NCBI RefSeq assembly: GCF_000143415.4
Contig: NW_003314411.1
Span: 124,452 to 188,451, forward strand
Source of the DNA: Selaginella moellendorffii
Taxonomy: Eukaryota; Plantae; Lycopodiophyta
Direction of reading: 5' to 3'
DNA length: 64,000 bases
In this document: one piece after another, positions 24,037 to 34,598 of the stretch
How the letters are laid out: each line of letters begins with the position of its first letter
How positions within the stretch are numbered: the stretch's first letter is position 1
Translations under genes and position numbers: made by a program
Notes under the pieces: model-generated
The model's database searches: none
Seen by the model: only the letters and a program-made list of their open reading frames with translations
What the model was told of the DNA's origin: nothing

Positions 24037-27000
24037 ATGGTAATTCTTTTAGGCCAAGTAGAAAATGGCATGAGGCCACATGCCATTCAGTAGCAACATT
24101 GGCATGCACCGATTGGGCTCTTGAGTGCAGTCCGGTTACAGATGGCGTGTAGCCTCACGCCATCTTAGGATGCAGCCTCAAGACATCTGATGCAGTGGTG
24201 AATGGCGTGTGGCCTCACGTTATTTCCAGCTGCTAGCTTTTCATCTGTCAGCTCTAATTGTTGTGCATTTCTGAACAGGCGAGGAATTGCGTTCTTCTTC
24301 CAGCCACTGTCAATGTGGATGCAGAGAAGGGGGAGGAGCTCACCAGTTGGACTTTCGGGATGGAAGGCGAGGATCTGATGCTGTACAACACAGATGGTGG
24401 GAGAAAAGAATGTATGGGGATCCTCATCCAAGTGACAGACACTCCATGCAGTTCCATGCAAGAATATGGACTGGCACTTGTGGTAGAGATAGCATCCGCC
24501 TTCAAGATCCACCTTGCACATCCTAGCGGCTTCCCAGAGGGAGGCAGCGGCTATGAGGAATTCCTAGAGGGAGCTAAGGAGAGGTTGTCCAGGAGGCCCA
24601 CAATTTCAAAGACGCTGCGGGTCTATGAAGATCACATGGAATCCACGGACCTCACCTACGGCGATGTTCAAAAACTATATTCCAACATTGAGCCGTTGAG
24701 AGTGCCTCCAGTTCGCGAAGCGAAGGGGAAGGGGGTCGATCTGGAAACTACCTCGAAGCTGAAAAGGGTGGTCAAGCTCAAGCCGACATCCGACTCTGCT
24801 GCTCCAAAAAAGAAGCTACTCGGTGATGCCATTGCCTCGGGTTCGAACACTACACCCACCAAAAAGAAGAGCCGCAAAGAGCAGAAAGAGCAAGAAGAGG
24901 CAGCAAAAATCGTCGCAGATAATAGTACTTGTTACTATTCCAACAAAGTATATACAATCGACGTGAGCCGTATCGACATCCAAAGCAAATACAACCACAG
25001 GCTAGTATCTGATGAGTGGGTGGAGAAACTGAAGCAGAAGATGCTGGCAAGTTCAGTAACACCCGACATCGCAGACGTGATCCCCTACTACCAAACAATG
25101 AAGGGCGAGACGAGGTTTCCAAACTTGATCAATAGGAAGGTGTTGGACGATCAGAACATCTGGTTCTATGCCGTCTCCGGGTAGCATTCTAGCTTGGCGA
25201 TGCAAGAGATAGTTCTGGATATTATGGTGGGCGAGGAGGTGAAGAAAGTCTTCAAGACAAGAGTTGTCCGCCTGATAAAAGGCAACTCGCCCCTCCGATC
25301 TATCATATCCATCTCCCACGCGCAGAATGTCAAGCAAGAAACGTGCTACAAATCGGGTCTGCACGAGACATTGGCACGAACACGGAAGCTCTGGGTTCAA
25401 CTGAAGAAGCCACAAAAACCAGGACAAGGACGTGCACTAGCAACTAGCACCTGGCAGGTAAGCCTCGTTGCATGTGGCATAGCATGTGGCCTCACGCCAT
25501 TTCCATTGCAGGAATTCTCGAGTCTTCTCTCGAAAACACTGGGGGTCAATGACACACTCAGCATCCATAACATTCTACTCGCGACAAAAGTTGTTTTTAA
25601 CAAATGGGTAGATGTGCTGAGGAGGTACCATGACGGGGAGTTGCTAAACTCAATGGGTGTGGAGGACGGCCGGAAGCCCAATGATTTGAAGTTCAACGCT
25701 TTGCGTTTCTCGCGGTCTCTAGACGACGACGACCTTCTGACAGTGGCTAATGCTCTTCTACGTGGTGAGGTAGTCTTCAACAAGACCAAAATGACTCCCG
25801 GCCATATTGTGACATACGAGGACTTGTGCACGACTCTGAGAGCTCGTGCGCTATTGAAGGATTGGATCTTCGAGCAAGTGGCCGTGGAGAGGGTGAGCAT
25901 CGACATCACGCAAGAGATGATGGAAGAGCTGGACTTGTCAAATGATGACATCGACGAGTACGTGAAGGGGGCCCCCAAGTTCATCGATCTGCTGCGGGAT
26001 GCCACGAAAAGTAAAGCTGAGAAGTTGGATCAGTATCCAAATTTCATTAAGAGGGATGTCGACTGCCGGCTTCAGAAACAGCTCGACCCCGCAGCAGAGG
26101 CCTATCGAGAACCTTACCGGGTATACGTGAATTCGGATGAGGATCAAAGGTGGAGGAGCATCGTTTCCCGTGGAGATGAGCAGGTCAAGAGCATCTTTTG
26201 TGTGATGGACTTCACAAACGAAGAGATCACTCATGCAGACGAAGTCAGCTCCATCATTGACTTAATGGTGGGACTTGCGGAGGTGGAATCTTCAGTCCAC
26301 TATATGATCTACGATTCCGAATCCTATCACAAGTTCTGGAAGGCCTTGAACGAGGTGAAGGCTCAGTTGAAAGGCAAGGAGATGCGGGAGATCCATGGGA
26401 TAATGGCTAAGAAGAAGATATCGACGAATGTCCGCATCTTCACACTCGCCCTTGTTATTGGTCCTGCAGCAAAGTGGGACTGGAGTGACTTCCCAGCTTC
26501 GTTCGACAAGGCCGATCGAATTGATCTGAGGGAGGTCAATTTACCCGTGCCTGAGGAACTGAAGACGGCTATGGAGCTTTCGAATCCAAAGAAAGCTCCA
26601 GGTGCAGCATGGGAAATGCTCAGCTGGGTCTTCAACGCAATAGCGGGTGACACCAAGGGCAAATGCGTTGTCGAGTACAACTGCGGCGGACTATTCTTTC
26701 GAGCCGCACTACTCAAGGGTGTCCCGTGTGTTGCGGTGACAAACTCCATTGAAGAGGTGACTTCAATGGAGCATATAATTACAGTTGCCAAAGAAAAACA
26801 GTATCTTCTCTGCGAACCTGGTGAGTACGCACTTTAAGTTTAAATGTTATCTCACAAGCTCTGTATGCAGGAGCATGGCCACCCCCAGATGCTGAAACGG
26901 CGTTAACAGCTACTGATGTTAGGCCGAGCTCACAACCTGCACAAGGTAAGGTCACGTGAGGCCTCACGCCATTTTGATTATAGATCGTTGTGAATATTCA

Positions 27001-29615
27001 GACACGAGGACTGAAAAGCGCACTGGTGGCGCGTCGAAGAAGGACAAACAGACAAGCAATAGGAAAAAAGGAGGTACAAATTATATTTGCAATGGCGTGT
27101 GGTCTCATGCCATTCCTTGCAGGAGACACTTCTTCAAAGGCAAAACAGGCAAGCACCAGCCAAGCTCAAATTGACAGTGGTCATAAAAAGCGAAAACACG
27201 TTGGACAGTCGTCGGGATCAGAGGCGTTTGATTCGAAAAGGAAGAAGGGCAACGAAAAGATGATAGGTAATGCCTCGCGGTTATAGCGTGTGTGCTCATG
27301 CCATTCATTGCATATCAAGGGCTGAGTGAAAGGAGCCAGTCACCACCTCCTGACTCAGATTCCTATGGCGGACTCCCCTTCCCCAATCTCAATGGAGAGG
27401 TACAATGGATGAGGGATGCTTTTCAAGTCAGGGCCACGTTTTTCTCATCTCGTTGTCTTCGAAGGGTGCAAGAACGTGCAGAAACCATGTTAAGACAGTC
27501 GGGTGAGGATACGGTCCTAGGTTAAGCACTGAAACAGGCTATGGATGTCTTGTATTTTGAGATGGAGACTCGGCTAGATGATTTTCCCAAGATGGTCCTA
27601 GAAAAACAAGCCATCCAGCCTGAGCAGCCTATGGAAGAAATGCAGGAGGGGGATGAGGAGCCAAAGAAAGATAATGAGCAGGAAGAGCAGAAGGACGAAG
27701 AGGAGGACAAAGAAGAGGAGGACGAAGAAGAGGAGGACGAAGAGGACTTGGATGGTCCTCACAATGGTGACGATCACAATAACGACGATGACGATGATGA
27801 CGACGATGGCCAGCCTGAGGTGGCCAAAGAGCAGCGGAGGAAGGTCATACAAGACAAACCATCAGGTAAATAATAGTACATCCATTCCTAACCTTTTACC
27901 ATTTCTAACATTGTCCATGTAGGTCGCAGAAGAAATGGTAAGTAGAGATTATTCAGTTGAATTAAGATACAAACTCTAGCCTTTAGTGTCGAGGAAGGAT
28001 AGTGCCAAGCAAGGGTCGAAACGTATGTCCAATCCTTCAGAATCAGCAGTGTGCCCAATAGCAGTTGATGGTAAATACAGTATAGTCGATTCAATGTGCT
28101 AATGAGTTTGTTTTTAGTAGCTAGTAGGGAGGATACCATCTCAATCGAAGGGAGATATTTGGACATGCATATGGATCCGCCAGTGGACTCTACTTGCCTG
28201 CAAGAGTCATCAGAGCTGGTGGAGGCTACTATCCATATCAACGCCAAGCAAGCTGACCACGCTCCACTTGATGCTGCCCATACCACTGAGTCAATCTTGT
28301 CCACGTATCCAACTGACGGTGACCAGGCGCCATTGGACCCACATAAGGCCGCCCCAGCCGCCGAGCCGGTCGTATCCTCATTTCCAACGGACTCAACGTG
28401 TGCCCAATCGTCTGACTACGCGCCGTTGGAACCTCCCTACACCGCCCCTGCTGCCTGTTCGGTCATGTCCACTTTGCCAACGGAGGCACCAGCTGAAATG
28501 GCGTGTGATCACACGCCATCGGAACCACCCCATGCCACTGTTGAGCCAGTTGTACCAGAGTCTACAGCTGAAATGGCATGTGCCCACACGCCATCGGATG
28601 CGATTGACCCCACATTGCAGAGGAGAGTATTTCCGCCCTTCACGTTTCCTCGACCAAAACCCTCTGAACGACCATTGGGAGCACCATTCGCTAATATTGT
28701 AGATGGCAAAATTGACTTGTACCATTTTTTATGCTGACGCATTTCATTTCAGAGTCACGGCGAAAGTACTGTATCGTTTTTGATCTGAACGGTGTCCTTT
28801 TCTCCCATGAGCGTGGCTCGTCCTCGAATGTCACTGCACCCTCCAAAGCCTGCGGTCGCAAGTTGGTCAAAAGAGACAGATTCACATTAATCACACGGGA
28901 GAAACTGCGGGATCTAATAATAACCATGCGACACTTAAAACAGAGGGCCGGGTTCAATTTGCAATTGGGAGTTTGGACATCCATGATGCGCCACAATGCA
29001 TTAACGTTGTTACAGATGATGCACGATCAAACGCGAGTAATATTACCATTTGACTTTCTCCTAACGCAGGAGGATTGCTTGACTATGGTCCATGTGAGGG
29101 GTAGCAAGCCCATCTTCGTCAAGCCAGAGGCTGTAGTGATGAACTGGACTGCTAGGTCAAGTGAAATCCTCATCATCGATGACTCGCCGATTAAAACTGC
29201 AGCGAACACGCACACATATGCAGTGCACCCCATCTCTTGCAGTATGGAAACTAGGGAGAAGAAACCGTATGTTCTGGGGGACCTTGCAAAATGGCTTGAA
29301 GCGATGGTGATAGAGAACCGGCCAGTCCAGGAGGTGGCTGTAGAAATCAACCAAATGGCAGATGGAACGGTATATCAGAAGCCATTTGATCGGACAGACA
29401 CCAGTCATCATTTATGGCATGTATATTGTCTAGCCAAGCACTATCCGCATCTCCATAATCTGCTCAACCGGATGGGTTCTTCGACCACTGAACATGAGCG
29501 TGGACGTATTAGAGAAGAGATGGCATTACTATTGGGTTTAAATCCTGATAGTGTGGAGAGTGATGAAATTCCAAGATTATTGTATAGGCGTTGGAGGCAA
29601 AAAATAACAGTCTGA
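24037..29615 (+). pseudogene. Transposon cargo gene, 11 exons, ~1625 aa: ParB/Srx-like + degenerate N6/N4 DNA methyltransferase-like + acidic linker + FCP1/NIF HAD phosphatase-like; two nonsense codons
   Basis: Exons 24037-39, 24279-25457, 25512-26820, 26871-26945, 27002-27073, 27123-27266, 27320-27865, 27923-27937, 27987-28070, 28118-28705 and 28753-29615 splice in one frame (last intron GC-AG). In-frame stops TAG 25182 and TAA 27523. Motifs: IDVSRIDI..YNHRLVSDEWVEKL..FYAVSG*HS; VVEYNCGGLFFRAALLKG; IVFDLNGVL..ILIIDDSPIK. Confidence 0.75.
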
Positions 29616-30118
29616 GATGGCATGTATTTATTTAAAAATGTAACTTATTATGGCATGGGGTTCCATGCCATTGTATTAATATTAAAAGACAATTCTTTGA
29701 GAGGATTTGCATTATACTAGAAGTGTTACAGCATGTTATTGGAAGTCTACGAAGTTGTTTTATTAATAAGGGGAAAGTAAAGATTGAATGGGGACTTGGG
29801 CTCCACCTAGACTCGGAGCAACTAAGCCAATATTAAAAGGATGGAAAGAAATTGGACGACGATGACCAGGAGAAGAGAGAGGTGAAGCAGTGGCAAGGGG
29901 AGGAGAAGTGATTGAGTAGACATTTCCTTGTTTAAAATAAAATGGCATGTGCCTCAATGCAGTTGAATTTTGTTATATTTATATACTATATAAAGGTTTG
30001 GAAACCTTATTTTACAAGTGGGATAATGACAATTCCCACTTTAACGAAATAGAGCTTTAGAATAATAAACTATGGTATAGATAGTTTTAGGCTACCAATG
30101 AGATAATATAAATAAATT

Positions 30119-30650
30119 ATAACACATCTTATCTCTCTCTCTTTAAGTCAACTGGAAAAGGGGTAATTGCTTGATGAAAAAGCCTTTAATGGCTATTTTA
30201 TCCCCATTTATCCCCCAATGTTCCAAGGATCCACAGTGATAGTATATCCAAATCTTATCCCATGATCACATGCGCTACACTCACCCCCCCCCCCCCCCCC
30301 AAATTATGTGAAAAATATCAAGGTCCTTATTGAATATTGACTATATTGAGTTAAGGGGAATTAACACCTTCATTTCCACACTAAATTTACCAATCCTTCT
30401 ATTGTGTAGATCAATTATTCCATGTGAAGCAACTAGTCATCCACCCATACCGTAGTCCTACGGTGGATACTTTTCGTCCGTGGATACTCCACATAAAAGG
30501 AAGGACGTACGCATGGATGCCCAATACGTACGATTTCAAATTTATGGGTAGGAATATACTTGCTTAAAGTGTATATTATATTTTTAAATAGCCACTAATC
30601 AATAGGAATCTAACCTATGCCATTTGTTCCGATACAACTATAGCACACCC
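30119..30650 (-). mobile_element. TRIM copy with truncated 5' LTR
   Basis: LTR ...GCGCTACA, poly-C PPT, internal region and PBS-like TTCCGATAC, homologous to 33899-34598. Confidence 0.7.
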
Positions 30651-31660
30651 TATTGTAAGTGATTAAATTTTCCATTCTACTTTAGTCACTTAACCATACC
30701 TCCGACCACTTGGAGGAGTCTCACTCACAACCTCCAAAAGTCTTATTTTGGACTTAGAGACTTACTAGCCCCAAAAATGGTGTCCATGCCACTCAACCAT
30801 TGCACTTGGTCCAAGTGCTTCACGTGTCCGATCCCATGACCGACACTCTAAGGTACCACTGACATATTAACCCGTTATGCTAAGGCCATGCCCATTCACC
30901 TTGATCACACTGGTGGTCTATCACCACCTACATCATAGCCCCATCTCTCAAAGACTGGCCATCCGTCCAGGAGTAATCATCCCAGATCCACTCCTTAGCA
31001 TCCTTAGGATGCCTGCAAGCATGGTGAATAGCCTTCCCTAATATCCTTTTTCTGGTCCCCACCAAGTCCCTTTCTGCTCATGGCCATGTTTGCCAACACT
31101 GCCATTGGATTGAGGCCCACAGGCCCAACCACTAAGGCCCATGGTCCTCTGAGACTTCCTCACCACTTGATTGTATCCTTGGTCACTACACCAGAAAGCT
31201 ACTCCTCTTCCTTTCCACAGTTTAGGCATTTGGGACAACATTTTGGAATACTGTAGCCCTACGTGAGCCTCATAGGTACTCTCCCTGCTTTCCACCTTTG
31301 GGTGCTCTAGCCATGGGCTTAGAGCGAGGTTCTGTTAAGCCACACCAGGTATCCAAGTAGGTAGTGCCACCCACACTTGGACTGGGAGCATCGACCATTT
31401 AATCTCCCGGGGGAACTAAAGCTGGCTTTTGAACACTTCACAAAGCTACCCCGTTTGTCGGTTTGTATTCACTCTAACTTTGGACTTCCCAGTGGTTATC
31501 CCATCACCCAACACCTGGGTACAGCCTTTCTAGGACAAACTGGCATTTCCTAGCCAAACTGGCTCCACTGGAGTCCTCCCCCTTACTATACTTTTGGAGC
31601 TCACCAAACCCCCTAGGGTCTAGGAGACGAATGCTTTGGGCTTTCACCACCTCAGATTCA

Positions 31661-32020
31661 AACTCGGACTCGGACTCGGACTCGGACTCGGGCTTGGGCT
31701 TGGGCTTGGGCTCGGTCTCGGCCTCGGCCTCGGTCTTGGTCTTGGTCTCGGTCTCGGTCCCGGTCCCGGTCTCAGTCTCAGTCTTGGTCCCGGTCTCAAT
31801 CTTGATCTTGACTTTGGACTCCATCTCGGGTCCTTCTCGGACTCCATCTCGGATTCTATCTCGGACTCCATCTCGGGTCCATCTTGGACTCCATCTCGAG
31901 TCCATCTCGGGTCCATCTCAGACTCCATTTCGGTCCATCTCAGACTCCATCTCGGTCCATCTTGGACTCCATCTCGAACTCCATCTCGGGTCCATCTCGG
32001 GTCCATCTCGAACTCCATTT
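31661..32020. repeat. Hexamer (CTCGGN/CTTGGN) and GACTCCATCTCGG tandem arrays inside the LTR
   Basis: Directly visible; a decayed equivalent lies at 37975-38185. Confidence 0.85.
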
Positions 32021-33898
32021 GTGTCCCTTTTTTAGAGACTCACTTATTGCTTGCTTTGTGCTTATTCCTTGAGCACTTCGTTGGGAGTTCCACTCCCGCT
32101 CTTGACCTTTCAAATCGGAGCTTTTAGTCCAAACGTGTTACGTTCGTTTGGCTTTCGCTTTGGCCACTACCAAGTGGCACCCTTTCGGCTCCACTTTAGG
32201 GCCTAGGGATTTTGTGTCACACAACTCCACTACCCATAGATGAAGTTTGATGTCCTTATCGAACGGTAAACTATTTTATAAAGTAATACCAACATGTATT
32301 ATCCTTTCCATTCTTAGCACCTCACCAATATTCGTCAATGGTTTGATACCGAAGGGTCACCATGCCTTACTCATCCTCTAAGGAGGATAGTCTCTCCAAC
32401 TTCGAGACTGATTGGACCACTTGTCGTGGTTCTCTCCTTTTATTGGTTTAGTTTTCACTAAACCTGTTAGAAACACCATTTATATCTTAATTTCACTACT
32501 CTTTCTTGAGTAATTTTAATTTTCATTAATATAACCTTTGCACTTTGGAACTTTTACTTTTGATTTTTTTAAGTCAATTTCCTAAGTGTCTCTGACATCT
32601 TGCATTGCACATATTGTGCAACTCCACTTCCACATTCTAGGAAATTCTCTACTTGAGGGCACCATCATCCTTTCTTCTATTTCATGCCTCCTTGGGCACT
32701 AAGTTTCAGTTATCATAATTTTGTGCTAGGGTTGTCAATGGTCCTATCATTTAGCTATCTTACCGCTCCCTCCTTTGGAGCTTCCACTTTTGCCAAATCG
32801 GAGCAATTAGGAATCCATTCTTGAAAACACCTTGCCTTTCCCACAATTCGTTAGGCCCCAACACATTAGTGTTCTTGGCCTAACTTTGCCTTTTGGATTC
32901 TTTCCCATGATTCCCATGGCTCTTGTCTTAGCTATTGGTCTTTTGCTCCTATCTTTTGATAGTTGCCCCCAACAACATAGGATTGCTATCTCCATTCTCA
33001 AAGTATCTTTTCGGTTCTATAGCAAAGATTTTGCTTGCCAAGTCCAAAGGGTATTTACCCCTAGTATGTCTCTTTATCATTTTCTGCTATGGCTTTATTC
33101 ATAGCCCAATTTAGTGACCCTCCCATGGGTCTCTTATAGAGACTACTTTCTTCGGACTCACCATATTATCGCATGGACATAGCTTATTTCCCTTAAGTGC
33201 TCTTCCTATTTGGTCATTTTGACCAAGCCACACCATCATAAACAGTTCAAATCAACACTTTGAACCAAGAATTTTATTCCATAGCCAACCAAAGACCTTA
33301 TCCTTATTTAGCCATAAGATCACCTAGTGATTTCACTTTAACACCTTAATAGAGTTGCCCAGAGGTACTTGGTCTTCTAGACATTCAAGTTGTTGACTAT
33401 GACCCCGGGGGCATCCCCCACACTTGGCAGTGCACCCAAGCCAGCCCTTACAGCCAAGGGTCCATAACAACTGAGATTAAGTGTCCCCATCTCATTCACC
33501 ACGTCCTTGGTGCCACTTGCACCAAGGTGTTCAAGTTAAATGTGCCAAGCTTTTGCACTAAGCAATTTAACTGTGCATCACGACTCCGAGGCATCCCTTG
33601 CTTGGCGGTGTGCCCAAACCAATCTCCTCACTAAGAGTTCATGACCACTGAAAAATGAGTGTCCTCATATTCCAAACCATCACCACGCCCTAGTGATTTG
33701 GGACTCGAACTCAAGCACTAGAGGGTTGAGACTCGAACCCAACCTCCGTATATGCATCTACGGACAACATTGCCTAGGATGCCTGGCGTGACTCCCCACG
33801 CCGATGCACCAACTTAAATTTAAAGTGCGTTATAGATCACAACTTAGGAACCTAGTTTCTTCACACTGCCAAGTCCTCTCACTTGACAAGTCTGTGAT

Positions 33899-34598
33899 TG
33901 TAGCACACATTATCTCTCTCTCCTTAAGCCAACTGGAAAAGGGGCAATTGCTTGATGAAAGAGCCTTTAGTGGCTATTTTATCTCCATTTATCCCCCAAG
34001 GTTCCAAGGATCCACGGTGACAGTATATCTAAATCTCATCCCATGATCACATGGGCTACACTCACCCCCCCTTCAGAGATGTCAATGTCCTCATTGACTA
34101 TTGACTAACAACCCCTACTAAGCCAAGGGGAACCAACACCTTCATTTCCGCACTGAATCTACCAATCCTTCCATTGTGTAGACCAGCTATTCCATGTGAA
34201 ATAACTAATCATCCACCCGTACGTGAAGCAACTAATCATCCACCCGTACCGTAGTCCCATGGTGGATACCTTCGTCCGTGGATACTCCACACAAGAGGAA
34301 GGACGTACGCATGGATGCGCAATACATACGATTTCAAATTTAGGGGTAGGAATATACCTTGCTCAAGGGTATATTATATTTTAAGTAGCCACTAATCAAT
34401 GGGAATCGAACCCGTGCCATTTGCTCCGATACCAACTGTAGCGCACCTTATCTCTTTCCCCTTAAGCCAACTGGAAAAAGGGCAATTGTTTGATGAAAGA
34501 GCCCTTAGTGGCTATTTTATCCCCATTTATCCCCCAAGGTTCTAAGGATCCTCAGTGACAATATATCCAAATTTCATCCCATAATCATATGCACTACA
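33899..34598 (-). mobile_element. Intact TRIM (700 bp)
   Basis: LTRs 33899-34060 and 34437-34598 (TGTAG..CTACA), PBS TGGTATCGGAGC on minus, PPT GGGGGGTGAG on minus, 5-bp TSD GTGAT on both sides, no ORF. Confidence 0.92.

Larger units (their letters stand above)
17833..29962. repeat. Dispersed 20-bp palindrome family TGGCRTGWGGCCWCAYGCCA (~21 copies)
   Basis: Copies start at about 17833, 18152, 18241, 18648, 20064, 20121, 21967, 22037, 22135, 22750, 22822, 24066, 24143, 24203, 25480, 26952, 27093, 27284, 28499, 28574, 29651 and 29943 (some degenerate); none seen outside the TIRs. Confidence 0.92.
17606..30057. mobile_element. 12.45 kb TIR DNA transposon, Sola-type, carrying a cargo gene
   Basis: 24-bp perfect TIR AAGCTCTATTTCGTTAAAGTGGGA (17606-17629; reverse complement 30034-30057), 4-bp TSD TAGA (17602-17605 and 30058-30061), internal DDD transposase. 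Confidence 0.9.

Noticed and set aside
25182-25184. Programmed readthrough or U-to-C editing of the cargo stop codons
   Set aside because: No supporting signal; C>T decay is the simpler explanation and matches the pol stops.
17833-29962. Palindromic repeats as a CRISPR array
   Set aside because: Spacing is irregular (57 bp to ~1.9 kb), copies lie in introns and exons, the context is eukaryotic, and there are no cas genes.
31504-32127. Gly-Leu / Pro-Arg / Thr-Glu repeat ORFs
   Set aside because: Artefacts of a hexamer microsatellite within an LTR.
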